Source: Patescibacteria group bacterium
Lineage (GTDB): Bacteria; Patescibacteriota; Patescibacteriia; Patescibacteriales; JBAZCA01
Assembly (NCBI GenBank): GCA_041671125.1
Contig: JBAZCA010000001.1
Coordinates: 136,120 to 200,119 of the forward strand
Reading direction: 5' to 3'
DNA: 64,000 bases
The notes beneath the pieces were generated by a model. That model was not told the DNA's origin, did not search any database, and was given only the letters and a program-made list of their open reading frames with translations. Shown here in pieces: positions 60,286 through 64,000 of the stretch. How positions within the stretch are numbered: the first letter of the stretch is position 1; each line of letters starts with the position of its first letter. The position numbers and the translations under genes are program-made.

Positions 60286-60624
60286 TTAGAAGCCCCCTCT
60301 ATTAATCCGTTCAATAACTCCCGCTTTTCTTCGGAGGCGTAATCCTTCAGGGTCAACCCGCTTGAAGGCGGAAAAGACCTCTTTTCTGGAAAAAGGCAGG
60401 TTATTGCCCTTGACGACATTTAAGATGAACGTCAAGAGGGCTATATCTCGCCAATCCGAACAGCGGTCTTGTTTCCTTAATCGGCGAAAGATAGTTCTAA
60501 CTCGCCTACCTTGCCTCCGGGAATTTAGAATAAATTTAACAATCTCGCCAAAATAACCGTTATCAAGGCTAATACCAAATTTACGTTTTTTCTTTTTGAT
60601 AATCATAATATTGCTGGCCTTCAA
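60286..60624 (-). CDS. Hypothetical basic protein (element-encoded)
   Basis: 112 aa ORF, Arg/Lys-rich. No family recognised. Confidence 0.35.
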   Translation of the reverse strand: MKASNIMIIKKKKRKFGISLDNGYFGEIVKFILNSRRQGRRVRTIFRRLRKQDRCSDWRDIALLTFILNVVKGNNLPFSRKEVFSAFKRVDPEGLRLRRKAGVIERINRGGF

Positions 60625-60658
60625 AAAAACGGAGCTCTCGTTTTTCTAAATCACCAAA

Positions 60659-61492
60659 TTATTTATTAAATGACTTTAAAATATCCTCTAAACTCTGTTC
60701 TTTATAAACTACCCCCTCCAAAAATGACGGCGTGGGATGTATCTTGGAAAGTGGCGGGGGCTTGATTCCTTTTTTGTAGTTCTGATAGACTGTCCAGACG
60801 TAAGCCGCCATGTTCTTAATTTTTTCATGCTTGGGATGAGCGACTTGGCATAACTTGCTTTTTGAAAACCAGCCATAATCACTATCCTCCGAGATAACTT
60901 TTGCCTGCCGCTCATTTAAACCGTAATATTTGACCAAAAATTCATAAAAGCTTTGGTAATTTTTAATCTTTGAAAATCTATCAATATGTTTATTGATATT
61001 GTTTTTATTATCAGCATTATTAGTATTATTAGAGAGCGGAATATCAACCGATTTCTTAATGTTTTTGCCACTTTTCCCTTCCTCGTTGTTCCCTTCATGT
61101 TCCCTCGTAATTTTGTCCGAGTCCTTTCCTTTTCTCGGCTTCCGAGTATTTTTTTGATATGCCGACCAATTCTTAATCGTAATCAGCCTCTCTTTATTGG
61201 TAGTCTTTTGAATAATCATCCCGACCTTTTCAAATAACCTCAGGTTCCGGTGAATATTGCTTTCCGGAATATCGCATAACTCGGATAAAAATTTTCTGGT
61301 CGTTACCACCTGACCGGAGCCGACTGTGCACTCACCACCGCCAAAATAGGTCTTATATCCCCTATGAGCTACTATGAGCAGGAGCTTTGTCCATAAACAC
61401 CAAGAGTCTTTATTCCGATTAATTATCGGGTTGGCAAGGGATTTCCGGTAATACGAAATCCATCCGATGTATTTAGTGTTTATGTCTTTCAT
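60659..61492 (-). CDS. Putative replication/DNA-binding protein (N-terminal winged-helix-like)
   Basis: 277 aa. The N-terminal region ...VVTTRKFLSELCDIPESNIHRNLRLFEKVGMI resembles the wHTH of phage/plasmid replication organisers. This assignment is tentative. Confidence 0.4.
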   Translation of the reverse strand: MKDINTKYIGWISYYRKSLANPIINRNKDSWCLWTKLLLIVAHRGYKTYFGGGECTVGSGQVVTTRKFLSELCDIPESNIHRNLRLFEKVGMIIQKTTNKERLITIKNWSAYQKNTRKPRKGKDSDKITREHEGNNEEGKSGKNIKKSVDIPLSNNTNNADNKNNINKHIDRFSKIKNYQSFYEFLVKYYGLNERQAKVISEDSDYGWFSKSKLCQVAHPKHEKIKNMAAYVWTVYQNYKKGIKPPPLSKIHPTPSFLEGVVYKEQSLEDILKSFNK

Positions 61493-61512
61493 AAAATTTT
61501 ATTTATTATTAG

Positions 61513-61716
61513 CTACTTTTTTTCAAATTGGTCGTCCTCGCCCGACTCTAATAAAAATCTGACCGCTTCAAACAGCCTCCGCTCCGCATCGGTGGCTTCA
61601 TCCGCGCGGACAGGCCGTATTTTAATATTGAATTTTTTTCGCTTATTTTTTTCATACATAAAAGGCCCGGAACTTTTCAGTTGGGCCTTTGATATAAAAC
61701 GAGTAGGCTCAACCAA
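61513..61716 (-). CDS. Hypothetical small protein (element-encoded)
   Basis: 67 aa ORF, co-oriented with the other element genes. Confidence 0.3.
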   Translation of the reverse strand: MVEPTRFISKAQLKSSGPFMYEKNKRKKFNIKIRPVRADEATDAERRLFEAVRFLLESGEDDQFEKK

Positions 61717-61997
61717 AAAAATGAAGATATGAATCCCCTACTACATCGTTCAATACTTCACTTTTTGGCTGAAAGCCTTCTATAATTCTGGATTACGAAC
61801 CGATCTTAACGTCAGTCCGTGGCTTTTCAGTTTAATACATTTTTCAATTATTTAATTGTCCTTACATTTTACACCCGATAGCAATAAATGTCAAGGATTT
61901 TTTGGCTAATATTAGTTATAAACTCTTACAAACAATACCGTTTTATTCGTTATGTTAGCTTAAAAAAATTTCCAAAAATACAACTTTATCACAACCT

Positions 61998-62180
61998 TTA
62001 ATCCTTCAGCCCGTCTAACTCAAGTTCACTTTCTTCTGCCGCTGGAATTTTTGTCTCAAGAATAAAACCGGTTATAATTTCACCGTAAAGTCGTTGCTTC
62101 TCGTCATTGGTTAATTTCCTGTTCAACCGCATTTCCATTTTCCATTTTTTTTCTTTAAAAATTATTTCGTCCTGCTTCAT
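61998..62180 (-). CDS. Hypothetical small protein (element-encoded)
   Basis: 60 aa ORF, 6 nt downstream of the preceding gene. Confidence 0.3.
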   Translation of the reverse strand: MKQDEIIFKEKKWKMEMRLNRKLTNDEKQRLYGEIITGFILETKIPAAEESELELDGLKD

Positions 62181-62186
62181 ACTTTC

Positions 62187-62783
62187 TTAAAATGATAAGT
62201 CTTCATATTTATCGGTTATCCTGCCTGCCCCGGTCTGAACTACCCGTCCGCTCTGAATAACTTCATAAGTAAATCTGTTTATCCCGGCACTACCATGGAC
62301 TGAAGTCGGCCCGGTGCTTAGTTCCGAATATACGATAGTCCCCAAACCCGGGGCAATGGCCTTGCTCGTATCAAAGGTGTCATCCCAAATATCCCTATTC
62401 TCCATACTTATCAGTTTTATTTTTACTGATCCGGTAAAATCTTCTTTTCCCTTATTCCGAATGTCAAAGAAAAACCTGTGCTTACCGGCAACCTTTTTGA
62501 CGATTTGATTAGTCACCTCAATATTAGTTGAATTGGCCTCTATTGCCGCAGGTGCGTTTGAACCAGTATCAACAACCGGAGTAACGCTCGGAGCCTGACT
62601 GCCATTATCCATTTCTTCACTCATAACTGAGATAAAAACGGGAACAAACATAACTACCAATAAAAGTGCTAAAATCGGGTGCTTGCCAAAAAATCCCCTA
62701 ATATCCGAATGACAATGGGGGCACTTGGTCGCTTTTTTATCCACCTGCTCCCTACACTTGGGACAAATTTTTCCGTCTGACAT
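62187..62783 (-). CDS. Zinc-ribbon membrane protein (element-encoded)
   Basis: CPKCREQVDKKATKCPHCHSD zinc ribbon, a TM helix (HPILALLLVVMFVPVFISV), then an extracytoplasmic domain of about 130 aa. Confidence 0.5.
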   Translation of the reverse strand: MSDGKICPKCREQVDKKATKCPHCHSDIRGFFGKHPILALLLVVMFVPVFISVMSEEMDNGSQAPSVTPVVDTGSNAPAAIEANSTNIEVTNQIVKKVAGKHRFFFDIRNKGKEDFTGSVKIKLISMENRDIWDDTFDTSKAIAPGLGTIVYSELSTGPTSVHGSAGINRFTYEVIQSGRVVQTGAGRITDKYEDLSF

Positions 62784-63044
62784 AGCGTTGCGTCATTTTA
62801 GGCAAATTAGATTCGCTTAAAATGATATTAATTTTTACCTGGCCGGAAAACAAAAAGCTCCCCGCCAGCGATAACCATTTCTGGTCATCCATATCCCTTT
62901 CGGAATATGGCCAACCAAGGCATTCTGACGAGGAGTCATTTACCTTGGTTGGACTTTGTGCCATGCCTCAAGCATTAAAATGATTGAAGTTTAGGCTTAA
63001 ATTGTTATTCTAATATTAAAACTTTTTTAAACATTTGTAAACAT

Positions 63045-63902
63045 TCATCTCTGGCTAATAACTGACCCGTTACTAATAAACCTTATAGTGCCCTTTTCAT
63101 CCGTTCTGAAAATATCAGCTTTAATCCGTTCCAACTTTTTTATCGTCCTTAAAGAAGGATGGCCGAAATCATTATCTTTCCCAACTTCAATTACTGCAAT
63201 TTCCGGACTCACCGCTTTTAAAAATTCTTCCCCGGTTGCAGTATCCGAACCGTGGTGTCCAATTTTCAATACATCGGCGGATAAGTCAACCCCGCTTTCT
63301 AGTATTTCCTTTTCTTCCGGCTCTTCAGCGTCGCCCGTAAATAAAAAACTGGTATTGCCATATACCAGCTTCGCGACGATTGAAGTATTATTCAAATTCT
63401 CAACCTCTTTATTTAAAAAACTTTCAAGGGGATAAAGTATTTCCAGCCGGCAGTAGTCCCCGAGCTTAATCGTCTGAGGCCGATCAATGATTATCATGGG
63501 TATTTTTTTCTCTTTAACCGCCTCGAGCCAGGCAATATAATTCGGGCTGTCATGGTTAACTCCGGTATATAAAATTTTTTTTACATCAAACCTGTTTATT
63601 ACTTGGACCAAACCGCTAACGTGGTCATCGTGAGGATGGCTTAATATCATCAAATCAATCTGCTTGTCCCAAGGCGGCAAGACTTCCGACAACCGTTCAA
63701 CCACCCGGGAATTCGGCCCACCATCAATGAGAATATTTTGACCGTCCGGTGCTTCTATTAGTATAGAGTCCCCTTGACCTACATCCAAGAAATCAACTTC
63801 TAACTTTCTTTCAGGGTTATAAAATACCTTGAAAGAAAATACCAAAATAGCAAAAAGAAAAATGCCAATAAGTAAAAACAATTTAAAAAACTTTTTTTGC
63901 AT
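63045..63902 (-). CDS. MBL-fold metallo-hydrolase, ComEC/Rec2 C-terminal-domain-like
   Basis: N-terminal TM helix, DVGQGDS and HPHDDHVSG (HxHxDH) motifs. The 3' ~540 bp appears to be supplied by the integrated element. Confidence 0.85.
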   Translation of the reverse strand: MQKKFFKLFLLIGIFLFAILVFSFKVFYNPERKLEVDFLDVGQGDSILIEAPDGQNILIDGGPNSRVVERLSEVLPPWDKQIDLMILSHPHDDHVSGLVQVINRFDVKKILYTGVNHDSPNYIAWLEAVKEKKIPMIIIDRPQTIKLGDYCRLEILYPLESFLNKEVENLNNTSIVAKLVYGNTSFLFTGDAEEPEEKEILESGVDLSADVLKIGHHGSDTATGEEFLKAVSPEIAVIEVGKDNDFGHPSLRTIKKLERIKADIFRTDEKGTIRFISNGSVISQR

Positions 63903-64000
63903 TTAAGAATTGAATATATCGATTGTTGCTTGCATATCCAACTGATATTTATTTCTAAATAATTTATACCACCAATCAGGAATTAACGGGCTATTTTCTC

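Larger units (their letters stand above)
58141..63588 (-). mobile_element. Integrated element of about 5.4 kb carrying a large serine recombinase
   Basis: Bounded by the two diverged copies of the MBL gene 3' region. Similarity between the copies stops at about 58140 and about 63588. Contents: serine recombinase, Xis-like HTH, Rep-like wHTH protein and small ORFs. Confidence 0.7.

Noticed and set aside
1-64000. CRISPR array among the many short repeats
   Set aside because: The repeats are palindromic, of several unrelated families, irregularly spaced and dispersed between genes. Nowhere is there a regular direct-repeat/unique-spacer series, and no cas genes are present.

Overview
This 64 kb bacterial window has a moderate AT bias and is almost entirely amino-acid biosynthesis plus a few housekeeping genes. 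The source organism cannot be identified from the window. Housekeeping genes are dnaB, ybaB, recR, rplU, ndk, an MtaB-like methylthiotransferase, tRNA-Thr, tRNA-Lys and tRNA-Pro.

Biosynthetic blocks:
- serA-serC-serB and cysK.
- A thrC operon.
- pheA and tyrA.
- A roughly 17 kb aromatic supraoperon that enters the shikimate pathway by the archaeal route (ADH synthase plus dehydroquinate synthase II). Aspartate kinase and asd are embedded in it, followed by aroA, aroK-aroE, aroD, aroC and trpEGDCFBA.
- An ilv operon: ThrC-like fusion, ilvE, ilvD, ilvB, ilvC, ridA.
- Fused leuCD, leuB and leuA.

Main observations:
1. Nearly every operon is preceded by a short ORF enriched in codons for the whole family of its end products, followed by terminator/antiterminator alternatives. 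The families are W/F/Y, I/V/L, Leu, T/I/M and S/G/C. Three of these ORFs start 6-7 nt after a sigma70-like -10 box, so they look leaderless. The trp genes instead carry a T-box.
2. A threonine-synthase-like PLP enzyme fused to a LeuA-type allosteric domain heads the ilv operon, where ilvA would be expected. A stand-alone copy of that domain and a shikimate-kinase-like P-loop kinase flank thrC.
3. The intergenic DNA is saturated with at least five families of nested palindromic repeats. These also sit in frame inside enzyme genes, donate stop and start codons, and enclose selfish ORFs (DUF559, four-helix-bundle protein).
4. GC-richer islands carry small Cys-rich or acidic ORFs with perfect Shine-Dalgarno sites, while the core genes have none.
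5. A roughly 5.4 kb serine-recombinase element is integrated in a ComEC-like MBL gene.

No CRISPR array or rRNA was seen. All calls come from reading the sequence by eye; no searches or folding programs were run.
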